Below are positions 9,787-22,659 of a DNA stretch of 64,000 nucleotides, one piece after another. The stretch comes from Lophium mytilinum (Eukaryota). A model generated the notes under the pieces. That model did no database searches. It was not told the origin of the DNA and saw only the letters and a program-made list of their open reading frames with translations. A program made the translations under genes and the position numbers. How positions within the stretch are numbered: position 1 is the first letter of the stretch; each line of letters opens with the position of its first letter. The stretch spans positions 890,606-954,605 of the forward strand of contig MU004196.1 in assembly GCA_010093605.1 (NCBI GenBank), written 5' to 3'.

Positions 9787-12272
9787 TCACCAGAGCCAGG
9801 ACCACTCCTCAGTCGACTCATAGGGAGACGAACTAGCCCGATAGTTGTGCTTAGGCTTAGCCTCGGCCGCAGATGGGGTTTCTTCCGCTGCTGGTTCTCC
9901 CTTGGCCTCGTCCGCTGGTGGCTTCGCCTGAACCGCTTCCACTGGTGCCTTTGCCTGAGCGTCTTCCACCGGTGGCTCTACCTTAGCCTTACCTCCATCC
10001 GCCCGTGACTCTGCTTTGATCTCTTTCACTGGTGGCTTCGACTGAGCCTCGTCCGCTGGTATAACCTGAGCCTCATCCGCTGGAATCGCCTGAACCTTAT
10101 CCGCTGGAGTGGCTTGAGCGTCATCCGTTGGAATAGTCTGAACGTCATTCGCTGGAACAGCCTGAACCTTATCTACTGGCGTAGCCTGGGCCTCATCCAC
10201 TGACATAGCTTGAGCTTCGTCCGCTGGTAGCATGGCCTGAACCTTGTCCGTTGGTGACTCTGTCCTGGCCTCGTCCGCTGATGGCTCTGTCTTAGCCTCG
10301 TCCGCTGATGGCTCTGTTTTGGCCTCGTCCGCTGGTGGAATCGCCTGAGAATCGTTCACTGTTGATACTGTCTCGGCCTTGTCTGCTAGCAGTTCTCCCT
10401 TAGCTTCTTCCACTGGAGACTCTGTCTTCGCTTCGTCCGTTGGTGGCATCACCTGAGCATGGTCCGCTGGTGACTCTGTCTTGGCCTTGTCCGCTGGCGG
10501 GTCTCCCTTGGTGTCTTCCGCTGGGAGCATCGCCTGAACCTCTTCCGCTGGTGGCATTGGCTGAGTCTCATCCGCCAGCGGCTCTACCTTGGCGTCTTCC
10601 GTCATTGACTGAGCTTGAGCGTCTTCTGCTGTTGGCTTCTTCTGGGCCTCTTCCGCTGATGGCTTTGCCGGAGCGTCTTCTACAGGAGTCTTCACCTGAG
10701 CAATCTCCATTGGTGACTCTTCCTTAGTCTCTTCCATTGGCTCTACCTTAGCCTCTTCGACCGTTGACTTCGCCTGAGTATCTTCCGTTGGTGTCTGTGC
10801 CTTATTCTCTTCCATCAGTGACTTCGCCTGAGTTTCTCCCGTTGGTGTTTCTGCCTTGGACTCTTCCGCTTGTAGCTCGGCCTCAGTCTCTTCCACTGGT
10901 GACTCTACCTTGGCCTCTCCCGCTGGCGAATGTGCCTCTGCCACTGGCGAATGTGCCTCTGCCACTGGCGAATGTAAATCTTCCGCTGGCCAGTGTGCCT
11001 CTTCCACCGGCGAATGTGCCTCAGAACCACCACCACGAAAGTCCGCCACTTCGCCTTTGTACTTCATGGCCAGCAGCTTCTGCTTATGATCATTTCTACC
11101 CAGCCAGCTGACATACCAAGACGGTTCGCCGTGCGTGATCCGGCATCTAGAATCCCACAGCTTATCCACAGACCCGCATTGACGCCAGTAGTTCTCATCG
11201 CCATCCCTACCTCTGCTCCGTTCCATGCAGTCGAGACACAAGCCATCGAAGTATGCTTCAGTGGCACGGACGGCACGGAAGACCACGCCAACCCAATTGA
11301 TGTTGCAAGTAGTGCAATTGGGTGCGGCAGAGTGATGTTTGAATTGGCGTATGCGGTGCGTAATATCAGAGAGAGACGCGCGGTGGAGGAAGTCGTCCAA
11401 AGGGAACACCTCGAGGTTGACCAGTTCGGATAGGTATTCTGAGATGGTGACTTTCCAGCACTCGCACAGGTGCGGAGTGCGCAGAAGGTTGCGAGGATGT
11501 AGCCAGAGGCGGGAATGCAGGATCGTCTTGAGGCGGACACGGGCCTGGTTCATGGCGCCTGTTGGGTTAGCATTACGTGAGTTATATGGGACACAGAGGA
11601 AACAAGAGATCGGGAGTGAGAGTAGGGTAAGGAATGAGGTGGAGTAGGTGGGAGAGTGCATCACCTACCAATGAAGTCTGGGAGTGCAAAACCAGGTCTG
11701 AACCTGATCTGAACCACTGGTTTCCTCTCCGTCATGGGTCCGCCATGGTTGTAGACAAGCCATTTTGTGACCTGTGCAAATCCTTCTGCGTGGTTAAACA
11801 AGTAGCAAGGTAGCACAAGTTCGCGGGCGATATCAAGCTTCAACGCGTCGAAGGAAACATTGCGGGCAAGCCAAGCGGCGAAGAAGTCCTTGAGATGGCC
11901 ATTGGGATAGAATCCGTAGTTGTTACCAATTTCGATGATGCGCCACAGCTGGTGGCGTGGGATGTCCAACAGATCTTGCGGAACACGCCCGTGAAAGGTT
12001 CCGAGCCAGGCCTCCAAGCCGTCAAGAGTGTCTCCCCGGCGATCGAAAGTGATCAGATCCGCCTTAGGATCCTTGCGCCAGAGTCTGACAAAGTGATCGG
12101 CGCTCTTGAGGAGAATGGCCTTGTTGCATTCGAAAGTAGTAATCCGACTTGCCTCTTGACCAGCTTCCACATAGTATTCCGTGATCACGACAGTGACGTC
12201 GTTACGAGCATCGGGGTCGATGCCATTGCTGTCATTGCCGCCATTGGTCACGGGTTGTGTAGAGCCCACCAT
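9787..12272 (-). CDS. Hypothetical fungal protein: BTB/POZ-like N-terminal region, Cys-rich domain and long acidic Pro/Ala/Glu repeat tail; 2 exons (intron 11559-11668)
   Basis: ORFs 11661-12356 and 9787-11664 join in frame through a GTAGGT...CAG intron. Motifs LVLPCYLFNHAEGFAQVTKWLVYN and YFDGLCLDCM. First ATG at 12272. Confidence 0.75.
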
Positions 12273-12640
12273 GATGTCGATTGATGGATGGGGAGGTGGG
12301 TGGGGAGGTGGATGGGGGGAGGATGGATGAGGAAGGAGGTGTGAGGATGAAGCCAAGTGAAGTCGAAATAGAGGCCGGCACTAATGACATGACCCCAACC
12401 AACCCACGTGGAAAACTTCTCTCTCACCCGTCAGTTTCCGTCGAACAAGGTGGCTTAGGGAGCTATCAAGCTCGTCAAAACTATCGTTTCATGTTTCGTG
12501 ATATCGCACCAGGGGCTTCAAAAGTGCTAGACAAGCGTACACAACCACAGCAAGAGTAAAGCATAAGAAGTTTTAGAGTGGCATCACGGATGCGTGTCTG
12601 CTACTTTCTGCTCGCAGGAGCCTGCCCGTTGACACCTCTC

Positions 12641-12970
12641 CTAAGATCCCATACCGCGCCTCCTCTCAATCATCATGCCAGCATCAACGCCGACCGGCAG
12701 TCCCCGTTCGCGCTCAGCCTCTTCGTGGAGTGTAATGAACATAATTACAGCGAGAGGCACACAGAGCAACAAGCAGAGCACTAGAGAGAGCACCCCTACC
12801 GAGAGAATGAAGTTGACTGCGTCTCGAACGGCGTAACGGATGCCTGCAGGTGCGAAGTACATGACGACACACGCAACGATGAGGAGCTTCGTGAGCGCAG
12901 GAGCAAAAGCGTTGTATCTCGCGCGTTTATCGGCCCTAGCGCGACGTCTGTTGTTTGTGTGGGTATCCAT
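12641..12970 (-). CDS. Possible small membrane protein (two hydrophobic helices)
   Basis: 109-aa ATG-started ORF with a basic N-terminus and two hydrophobic segments (LLIVACVVMYFAPAGI; FILSVGVLSLVLCLLLCVPLAVIMFI). No recognised family. Confidence 0.3.
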   Translation of the reverse strand: MDTHTNNRRRARADKRARYNAFAPALTKLLIVACVVMYFAPAGIRYAVRDAVNFILSVGVLSLVLCLLLCVPLAVIMFITLHEEAERERGLPVGVDAGMMIERRRGMGS

Positions 12971-14270
12971 GACTGTCTCCAGATAAGCACAGGCTTTGGG
13001 TAGTCGAATCGTAGATAGTTCGTGCGGTGGTGGAGTGGTTGGGTGGCAGGGCCATAGACGTGGTGAAGTGGGTGACGAAAGACCTGAACTCAATGAATGC
13101 ACTGCAGCACTTCAAACATCGTCAGAATTTGCCGTTAGAGGGATCACATGTGGAGAGAAAACCCTGCTCACCGACTCACTTCTCAACGACTCAAGTAAGT
13201 CTAGACCTGGATCTATCGCGCTCCTCAACTGCCCACAACCATCCCAGCATCGGCCCCAACCAACCGCTCCTCCTCGTACCCCTCCCTCATCCTCATCAGG
13301 TCTGATGGAAGCATCGAATACGTATATTGTCCACAAAATTGCCTCGAAAGTTGCCTCAAGAACAATCCAAGCCTCGTGGCGAATGCGGTGGGTGGGTATA
13401 CGCGCCCATAGATTTAGATGGTGGAGAAAGCAATACATGCGAGCGAGAAGAGATTAGTGTGAGGTCCGTAGAGCCTTTTGGTGGAACCGCAGTGGAATCG
13501 AAAGCAGCGGTGAAGTTAGAGAAGGAACGGATCTTCGACGAGGTAATTGTCTTCGGACCTTGCTAGCTTAATGAAAGATGGTTCGATCCGGATGTGATGA
13601 AGATGATGAGGTGCGTGATGTGGTTGTGATGGATTGTGCAGATGATGAAGCGAATCGATATACGGTGACGCGCGCTTACTAGACAGCCGCGCTGCTGCTG
13701 TCACCTTACGATGGTTTTAGTCAAATGAAAGAGACTACAGCGTGATAATAACACGAGCGAGAGAAGCACGAGGAAACACATTCTGGTCTACGACTGTTTG
13801 AAGAAATTCATATCATGATTATTTCTGCTAAGATGCACATTATGTTTACGAGCATATGCGGATAAGATACCAAAATAAAAAGCCGCTCAAAATGGGTATA
13901 CCGAGAAAGCAAACAAATGGAATAACATGAAGCGAAACTTGACCACAAGTCTTACATAAAAATTCGACATAATACATGCCATGCCCAACGTGCCATCACC
14001 AACAATCATCCCCACAAGTGACTAACACCTACGTCTGTGACATAGTGGCTACTTGAAAGTATGCCGAGTGTGCTTCAACATCTTGGGTGAAGGGCCATGG
14101 TGTGATACGTCAAGCACTGATCCCGCGTCTGCCTGCTGTGTCTTCGTCTAGGAGGCTAGAAATCGGCTTGCTGAAAGTACGTGGCTTCGAAGACGGCTTT
14201 CAATGCCTGATGCATGAAAACAAAAGTGTGGTCCACGCTTGCGGAGTTTTGCGTTGACTCTGCTGTTCAA

Positions 14271-16281
14271 TCATCGCAACTCAAACACCCTTTCAGTCAC
14301 CTCCTCTGAACCCTCTTTCCACGCATCAACAGCTTCCTCGTGCATGATATCACCAATGTAGCACTCGCCGATGAAACGATAATAATCGCCTTCAGGACGA
14401 ATGACAAAAGGAACCTGTGCGCCAAACAAAACGCAGATAATATCATCGTTCTGAAGAGTGCCCGGACCAAGACCAAGCTTGCCTTTTTTGGTGTGGAATG
14501 GCGTCCGGTAACAGCTGTATCGCCACAGCGCTTCTTTACCGCGGTCTGGGTTGCCGTGATCAGAGGCGATTTCAAGAAGGCGAGGGTAGTCATCGGGCCA
14601 GTTCTCCTTGACCCAATCTGGGTCTTGCTCATCGAGGAAAGCGATGAAGTCGCCGATATGCCTGTCGTCGTCGTCAAGCAACCAGCCGTGTTCGCACCGG
14701 CCCGCAGTCAAGGTGTTCGCAATCATCTCTGCAGTATCGCCCTTGGAAGCGGCAGACTTGACCCAATTGACGAGCTTGCTCTCGGCGTCAATGAGGTCGC
14801 AGAAGGGGAAGTAAGGGAGTGCGGTCGTCACAACGTCAACCTCAACACCTTTCAATCTGAGCCAGTTCGGGTTGTCACAGGGTATCTCCTCCATGGGCAT
14901 GGAGGTGGATGCCTGGAACCCGTTGCCGGAGCCGAAACCCATGAATGGGAAGACTACAATCTTCTGGGACCAGTCGGGCACCCAGGAAGGGAATTCGAAT
15001 TTAAGCTTGCCCTCAGCATCGATGCTGGTGTACTCGTGTGTCACGAAGGAAAGCAAGTCTAGAGTATTGTCCTGGTTGAGGACCTTCTTTGCCACCTCAG
15101 TGTAGATTTCGTGCACCGTCTGAGTGTAATCAGGTTCGAGAAAGACGTCGCCTTTTTCCAGGTTGGTGTGTTTAGTAGGAAACCCCAGCAGGCCATAAAT
15201 CTTGTCGCGAGGATCCGAAACGTCAAACGATCGGGCCCAATCAAGCAAATGCAGGAAAGGATGGGTATTGGGGTTTTTGTCCAACTGTTGTCCGCAAATG
15301 TAGTGCATGAAGTAGGCGTTTTGCATGTTGCGCGATTCGAGCAGTGCGTGTAGCTTTGTGTCCTGGCGAATATGATCCACAGCTATGCCAACCCATTTCC
15401 AATCGATTTCCACATCTCCCCAGATCAGTGTCGCCTCTTGCGCTAGGACAATTTCTTGGATAACCCACATCCGCACGAACCAATTGTTGAGGAATAGCGA
15501 CGTCACGCTTCGCCATAGTTGAGACCCCAGATCTGGAGGATATTGAGTATCGGTAGGAGGAGGGTTCTTTCGCAAGGATCGGAAGGTGGCAGGTCTCTGG
15601 ACCCAAGGATTCATGTGGCTAGTGTTGGCAATGGCGCAGACAATAGAGAAGGCATTGTGTCCTTCATCGTAGAAATCATCGCCGAGCCATACAATGACTC
15701 TACAAGCGCCTTTGTAGATGGCGTGCATTTGGCGAACTTGGTGTCCCCTTTCGCCGGGGTCTTCTTGGTTGATACATCTGCATAAAGAGTATTAGAAATC
15801 GACCTCAACAATGCCATTGTAGCAACACTAGCGCTTTAGAGAATACTTACACAGCATCGACCCAAATCCACCTCGCGACATCAGGCTTCCTGAGCCGCTT
15901 GAGCGCTTGGTGGAGGTTGCCAGTGACGAAGACCTTTTGTTTATTGCAAATGACCTCCTTCGCGTCGGACCTTTGCCCCCAGACGTACGACAAAGCTTCG
16001 TAAGCTTGGTGACCCTCATGCAGTCGTGTATGCGATAGATTGCAGGTAATTATGTCGTCCCCAGATCCGCGCTCCAGCCGGAGAAGGCGGACAGAGTCGT
16101 CGGTAGGAAGATCGTCATAAAGCGCAGGCGTGAAAATAGAAAGGCGATTGGATTTGCGCCGGGATCTGCTCTTCTTTTCTGAGGGGAGCGTGTCGGCGTT
16201 GACGTGGATAGGTCGTGGGGCTTGGCCTCGAGGGTTCTTGGTGAGGTCCTTGCCGAAGCAGCAGAGGAACTTGGAGGGCAT
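14271..16281 (-). CDS. HET (heterokaryon incompatibility) domain protein, HET-6-like; intron 15778-15850
   Basis: YEALSYVWG, NLHQALKRLR, WIWVDAV-CINQED..EKGHQVRQMHAIY..A.RVIVWLG, WFVRMWVIQEIVLA, SDPRDKIYGLLG, PSWVPDW, YRFIGECY. Confidence 0.93.
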
Positions 16282-17351
16282 GGCTAATTCTACTTCCTGT
16301 TTGGTTTGTGTAGCACCGGTAGAAGCAAGAGGTGGATACCCTCGGATTCTTTTAAGGCGAATGCTTCATGGCCAGCTGGGCGGGGCGAAGTATGAGAACA
16401 ATTGGGAGGTGTGGTTCCCCTCATGCAATGCATGGCCTCTTACCTCGTCGATTGGCGGCAGAGAGGCTGGGATAAGGATCCGTCCTCGAGGTTCGAGGCG
16501 CAGGCCTCAGGCAGGAGGCTGTGTGGCTGTGGAACCGGGGCCTGGGGGCCGTTTATATGTAGAACTATTGGCCCGCTCCCTCTACCAAGCATTAGCAACA
16601 AGACTAATGTGTCTCCCTAGGTCGCCGGACGCACGCCGTAATCGGACAAATCACAGGCACTTTGACTTCAAGCAACTCAGGCGCAATGTAGACGTCGAAT
16701 TCTCGTATAATACCAGATCATTCGTGCAGTATGGCCAACACTGAGCCCACCCCACCCTGGCAACTCCGAAATTTCAATCACGTCGTCGCCTCCACGCCTG
16801 ATTACGGACGGCGTCCTTTTGTTGTATATTAGGGCTGGTGGGCACACAGCACCACCATCGAAGCTCTTTTCACCTTGCAAGCCCATAGATGGGTTTGATA
16901 AATGTCCCCAAGCCTTGCCACCAAGTTGATAAGTCATCGTCAGCCTTATGGGTGGCATCGCACGCTGATTCACGCAACGTCGCCACGCCATTCAGTACAT
17001 CTTATCAAAGAAATAGATTACTGTGTATTCTAATCCAAGCTTTATAGGCCTTGCCAAGACCTGTGGCTGCGCTGTGGCTGCGCTGTGGCTGCGTTGGCTC
17101 GCGCAGACCTCGACTCTGGCTGGCCAACCTACCCGTGGACGACTCATGAACACGTGCGACAGTGCGATGTGCTGCGCCCTATGTAAAAAATGAGCTGGCT
17201 TCCTGGCTCTCGCGCTAACCCGAAGTGGGAAATGGTTCATCTATACTATCCGGTCAGCGAAACTACCTCTGCTAAAGTACTGCTCGTAGAGCGATGGTAA
17301 AAGAGATGCACCTTGCTCGACAGCATTCAACGGAATTTTGATTTTCTCGAC

Positions 17352-18410
17352 ATGACAACGACAGAAAGAATCGAACATCTCGACAGCAGCTTAGGGCCTG
17401 ATCCTAAAACACCGCCTACATCACACTGTGTCTTTCTCACTGGTGTAACTGGATTCGTCGGCGGCACTATCCTCTCTTGTCTCTCCAAGGCACATCCTAA
17501 TGTTCGCGTCAAGGCTTTGATCCGTCAGGAAGGGGATGCCAAAGAACTTCAATCGGTCTATTCAAATCTCACTCCCATCATCGGCGATCTCTCTTCGCTT
17601 TCTCTCCTCACATCCACAGCAGCGGAGGCCGACTTCGTCATCCATATGGGAGGTGACAATGTCCCCGCCGTGTGCGCGATGATAGATGGGTTGGCCTCCC
17701 GCACCACCACTGGATCGCCCCCGCCACGTCTCATCAGCCTAACCGGCCCGCGCAGTCTTATCGACCTCTCGAACCCCATCACTGGGAATCTCAGGGCGAG
17801 CAGCCGTCCCTGGAGCGATGTCACCGACGGGCATGCAATACTGGCTCTTCCTAAGGATCGGATGCACGCGGGCGCGGATCAAACCATCATCGCTCACAGT
17901 GTTGCCAAAGGGGTGGGCACAATACTAGTCTCGCCCGGTCAACTGTGGGGCAGGGGTAAGGGCCATCTGAAGAAGGAGAGCAATGCGGCGTTTTATTATA
18001 CAACGGTCAAGAGCCGTGGACGAGCCTTTGTCATCGGCGATGGTACCGCAACATGGTCGTGGACTTCCATTGGTGATTTGGGTGATGCGGTCGTGTTCCT
18101 GATGGAACAGGCACTAATGAGTGGGAGCGAAAGACGCGGACAAGTGGGAGTCAATCAAGACGGCTACTATTTTGTGCGCACTGGAGACTTGAGTATGATG
18201 GAAAGGGCGAAAGCTGTCAGTGAGCGCTTAGGTCTCGGAGTAGTAGAAAGCATCCCGGTCGGGACCGCAAAAGAAATTCATCCGTTTGGCCCTGTCATGT
18301 GGGGTTGTGGTGAAAGAACGAGAGCTGACAAGCTGGCTAAGTTGGGTTGGAGGCCGAAAGAGACTGATTGGAGAGTTTTGATGGAAGGAGAAGGGGGAGA
18401 GAGGGCATAG
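17352..18410 (+). CDS. Extended SDR / NAD-dependent epimerase-dehydratase-like protein
   Basis: Rossmann motif VFLTGVTGFVGGTIL; C-terminal IGDGTATWSWTSIGDL and RADKLAKLGWRP; intronless. Confidence 0.85.
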   Translation: MTTTERIEHLDSSLGPDPKTPPTSHCVFLTGVTGFVGGTILSCLSKAHPNVRVKALIRQEGDAKELQSVYSNLTPIIGDLSSLSLLTSTAAEADFVIHMGGDNVPAVCAMIDGLASRTTTGSPPPRLISLTGPRSLIDLSNPITGNLRASSRPWSDVTDGHAILALPKDRMHAGADQTIIAHSVAKGVGTILVSPGQLWGRGKGHLKKESNAAFYYTTVKSRGRAFVIGDGTATWSWTSIGDLGDAVVFLMEQALMSGSERRGQVGVNQDGYYFVRTGDLSMMERAKAVSERLGLGVVESIPVGTAKEIHPFGPVMWGCGERTRADKLAKLGWRPKETDWRVLMEGEGGERA

Positions 18411-19177
18411 GGGTAGTACTGTAGCAAGACGGAAATACTAGAATCTCTAATATACTGTCTAAGTGGGTGGTAGAGGGTTTGTGGTATGCGGTGCTCCTTG
18501 CTGCGCCTAGGCTACGATAGGCAAAGCGAGCACGTAGACTATAGATCTGTGCAAGAACATTAGGCGGGTTTGGCTCGCGGTAGACTCGAGACGGACCGGG
18601 GCACGGAACTGTAGTAGGGTGAGTGAATGCCTCAGCCACAGTTCACCACACCATGACGCGGCCATGGCCTATCAGCTTCAGGAGCTGGAAAAGCTCTTGC
18701 CACCCGATCTGGCGTCTTACTTGAGGGGCAAGAGCCTTAGCAATGTAAAGCTGCCTGGTTCGTGGAATATGGCGACCCTTCTGGCTTCTTTTGCGGACTG
18801 TTTCTCAAGGCTGCAACTCGAACAAGCCATTTGATACATTTCATACTTACGCGTGTTGCATTGCAGCGTGGCGTACTTTCCAAATAGCGACTGATTAGCG
18901 TTTTCTCTATCATCCAGCATGATATAGTAGGTGCCAGGCAACCAAATGATGGACAATACTGCTCATTGATCTTGTCACAGAATCATGCTTAGTTCAGATC
19001 ATGTCTTTGAATTTTTGCAGCATGTTGAATCGCCCTCACTCGCTGCGCGGGTATCCGCTCATAAACTCCCCGATGAACCCATTTTCCCCTTACAAGTCAT
19101 AAAAACAGAAGTTCTATATTCCAGACATGCTCCTTCACCAATAGAATATGTCGAGACCGTTACAAGGCTGGACTCGC

Positions 19178-21532
19178 TCACGAGGAAGGCAATACAACCT
19201 GCTCAACACCCTTAGTGACTTGGTCGACCGCAGTTTCGCCCGCCGGCAACTGCTCCGATGCACCCTTTTCAGCCGCCTCCACACCCCCTACCTTAGCTGC
19301 TTCTACGCCTCCTGCTTTGCCTTTCGCCGCCTTCTCCTTCTTGGCCAGCTTCTTTTTATCTTTCTCGGCTTTCTTAGCAGCAGCTTTCGCAGCCTGCTCT
19401 GCCTTCGCCTTCTTTTGCGCTTCACCACCAAAGAGTTCTCGCCATTCCTGCTCTTTTTCTGCTTTGATAACGCTAAAGAGGAGAGCGGCTTGGCCAATCT
19501 TGTGGCTAGGCGCGATGCTATCCGCTTGCCAAACGTCTGGAATGATGAGCAGATCTTTGTTGAGCATCTTGAGGATGGAAGTAGTAGTTTCGGGCATGTA
19601 AGGTTCGATGAGCGATGCGAGGAGGTGGATCTGATTGAGAGCAAGGCCTATGACTGCTGCCGCCTTGTCTGGCTCCTCGGCTGCAAGCTTGTTGTCGAGC
19701 TTGTTGTGCTGGAGTAACGAGTTGCCGAGGCTGCTCACGCGCAATACGGTCGCAAGGGCGGCCCTAATCTTGACAGCTTCCAGTTCTTCGTTGTACTGAG
19801 CCAACGCAGCATTGACCTCTTTCTTGTGATTCTCGAACGCAGTTTCCGTGTATTTCGTCCATTCCGGTACCACTGACTCGTATTTGGCGTTGGCGAACTT
19901 GATGACCCTGTTGACAAAGTTCCCAAAGTTCTTAAGGAGCTCGTTGTTGTTCGCGTCGATGAAGCCATCCCATTCGAACTCGGAATCGCTGGTTTCGGGT
20001 CTCCTGGCAAGCAGATAGTATCTCCAAACGTCTGATGGAATCCCGGTGTCTTTAGCATTGGTTCCGAACACGCCGATACCCCTTGATTTGCTGAACTTTC
20101 CGTGCTCGTAGTTCAGATACTCAGTGGTTGACAGCATATTTAGCTGAGTCCACTTATCTCCAGTCCCGATTTGGGAGCCCGGGAAGATGACGGTGTGGAA
20201 CGGAACATTGTCTTTGCCCATGAACTGGCTTCAGGACTGTCAGCATCGACGCTCAATGTGCGCCACGGTACAACCTACTAGAGTTTCACACGTTCTGGAT
20301 TCCTCCACCATTTCTCCCACTGGTCTGTGTAGTTGGCCGTTATTGAGACATATCCAATGCAAGCATCAAACCACACATATAGAACCTTGTTTTCGTAGCC
20401 GTCAAGGGGAACTTTCGTACCCCATTTGAGATCTCGGGTGATACCACGGGGTTGTAGCCCTTCGTTCAGCCACGATCTATGAAGTGAGTTGTTAGTACGT
20501 CATCGCCACAGGTTCTTCAACATATACTGACTGGGTGATGTGGATCCCGTTTGACGACCATAACCCTTGCTGTGAACTCTCCTCGAACCACTTGGTTATC
20601 GCCGGCTGCAGTTTGTCAAGTTCAATGAATATATGTGTTGTATCACGAGGCACGGGTGTTGCTCCGTCGAGTTTGCATTTGGGGTTAATGAGCTCTAAAG
20701 GGTTGAGAAGGTTCCTGAGACTCCCCTTAGCACTACTCGAAGGCACTGATTAGAGGATACCTACCCGCACTTGTCACACTGATCTCCTCTGGCATCCGGA
20801 TACGCACACGGTTTGCCGTCGTCCAGCAATTTGGGACTTTGTTCCTGTTAGCGCCCGCCAAAACGGGGGACCCTCGGACTGCAAGCTTACCATGTACCCT
20901 CAACGAAGCGATCCGCCAAGAAGCTGCTGTGTGTCTCACAGTATGGCTGCAAGGTAGTCTCCTCTTTCAGGTATCCATTCTTATGTAGCTTCAGGAAGAT
21001 GTCCTGGGAGATGTCCGTCTGCTGCTGCGTTGGGGTCCGACCAAAGTGGTCAAAGGAGATGTTGAACCACTCATAGACCTCTGAGTGTATTTTGTAGTAT
21101 TTGTCGCAAAGCTCCTGGGGAGTGACGCCCTCTTCTAGGGCCTTGGTTTCAGTGGCAGTGCCATATTCGTCCGTTCCGCAAATGTAGAGAGTTTGGTAGC
21201 CTCGAGCTCGGCAGAAGCGAGCGAAGACATCGGCTGAGAGCACCGAGCCTACAACATTCCCTGAGGCTGGGGATTAGTTTCTGTTTATTTCTTAAGCTGA
21301 AGAGAAAGCTCTTCGACTATTGGTGACAGTGTTGGGGCTTTCTAAGCCTAAGAAGACTCCTAATGAATACCAAAACGCTCATCTTTGGTGGGGTGTTGCG
21401 GGGCACTGCAAACATCACGAAAGTCGCAAACTCACCTAGATGGGGAACATTGTTGACGTATGGAAGAGCGGAGGTAATGAGAATGTTCTTCTTGCCGTCG
21501 ACGGGGAGGACAATTTTCTTTGCAGCCGCCAT
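19178..21532 (-). CDS. MES1: Cytosolic methionyl-tRNA synthetase, multi-exon
   Basis: [17 protein letters not shown] (HIGH motif), ICGTDEYGT, Zn knuckle [25 protein letters not shown] (KMSKS), anticodon-binding domain [15 protein letters not shown]. Confidence 0.96.
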
Positions 21533-21768
21533 GATGTGATGTGATGAAGTCGGAGTCATTGTCGTGTGTGAGTCCCGTAAGACCAAAACTCCGACGCGAG
21601 CTTATCGCCACGTGACCATCTTATCGCGCCACTAATTCTTGATCAAAGACCTGCACGCACGGACTCTAGACGTCAATTAGTACTGAACGAAACGTGCTCA
21701 CTCTGCGTTGCAACCAGATTTTCACCGCGTATCAAAACCCCTCAAACGGTGCGGGAAAAATATCCAAA
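21533..21768. promoter_or_regulatory. Short divergent promoter between MES1 and the LTO1-like gene, with a CACGTGAC E-box flanked by two CTTATCGC motifs
   Basis: 236 bp between the start codons; CTTATCGC 21601-21608, CACGTGAC 21609-21616, CTTATCGC 21620-21627. Confidence 0.5.
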
Positions 21769-22419
21769 ATGGAAGACGACCCATTTGTAGACGTCCTTGA
21801 CCTCGAGGAAACCTACTACCAAGAGGGCTACGCACTAGGAGTAGAAGACGGCTCGCGAGCGGGACGCATAGAAGGCCGGGTCTTCGGCCTTGAGAAAGGA
21901 TTTGAGAAGTTCGCTGCCATGGGTCTGCTGCATGGGAAAGCAACTGTCTGGAGCTCCCGCATTCCAGGACCAAAAAGGGAGCCTGAAAGGAGCCTCGTGA
22001 ACCCCAAGGAGTTGACGGAATCCTCCAGACATGCAGCTCCAGACGGCCAATCATCATCTGAGCAAGCTAAGGCTGTTCAAAACGGACTCCTGCCTCTCCC
22101 AGAGAACCCCCGCCTGGCTAAACACGTCACTACTCTGCATGCCTTGACGGAACTTCCCACATTCTCGACGGCCAACACCGAAGACGCAGTCGCGGATTTT
22201 GATGACCGGTTCAAACGTGCTGGAGCAAAGGCGAAAGTGATTGACCGAATCCTAGGCGAGGGTGACGCCAATGCTACAGTCGAAGCCGAAGTGAACAGTT
22301 CTCAGGCTGCGTCAGGTTCGAGCACAGGAACGAAAGAGAAGAACCATGGCGTGAAGCTTTCCCGAGCAGAGAGACCTGCAGACAACATGGAAGATTTTGG
22401 GGGACGAAGGGGGATGTAG
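21769..22419 (+). CDS. LTO1: Yae1_N domain protein, LTO1/ORAOV1-like (Fe-S delivery adaptor for Rli1)
   Basis: DPFVDVLDLEETYYQEGYALGVEDGSRAGRIEGRVFGLEKGFEKF, the deca-GX3 motif. Confidence 0.8.
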   Translation: MEDDPFVDVLDLEETYYQEGYALGVEDGSRAGRIEGRVFGLEKGFEKFAAMGLLHGKATVWSSRIPGPKREPERSLVNPKELTESSRHAAPDGQSSSEQAKAVQNGLLPLPENPRLAKHVTTLHALTELPTFSTANTEDAVADFDDRFKRAGAKAKVIDRILGEGDANATVEAEVNSSQAASGSSTGTKEKNHGVKLSRAERPADNMEDFGGRRGM

Positions 22420-22659
22420 TCGAGTTCTCTCAATGTACCACAAGCTAGTTGGAAATAAGAGATAGGAATAGTCGATGAAGTCTCCAGTTTCTATCTAGAT
22501 CCAAAAGAGCGACTATAGACCTAAAGCGCCGGCGTCCTGACCAAAGGAAGGGTAATCATAAAGAGTTGGAAGGGATATCACGATCCGTAACTCCAATCAG
22601 CAACACCAAAAAAACACCTTCGCACGCCTATTACAAGACAGGATATTTGGCACCAAAAA

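Noticed and set aside
13112..13704. Small minus-strand ORFs between the hypothetical gene and the HET gene
   Set aside because: No motif or convincing splice model.
18619..19215. Short plus-strand ORFs (MAYQLQELEKLLPP...; MLSSDHVFEF...)
   Set aside because: Could be a gene relic, but no coherent exon chain or family was recognised.
21262..21435. Relatively long first intron of MES1 as a possible snoRNA host
   Set aside because: No clear C (RUGAUGA)/D box pair with terminal stem, and no H/ACA architecture seen.
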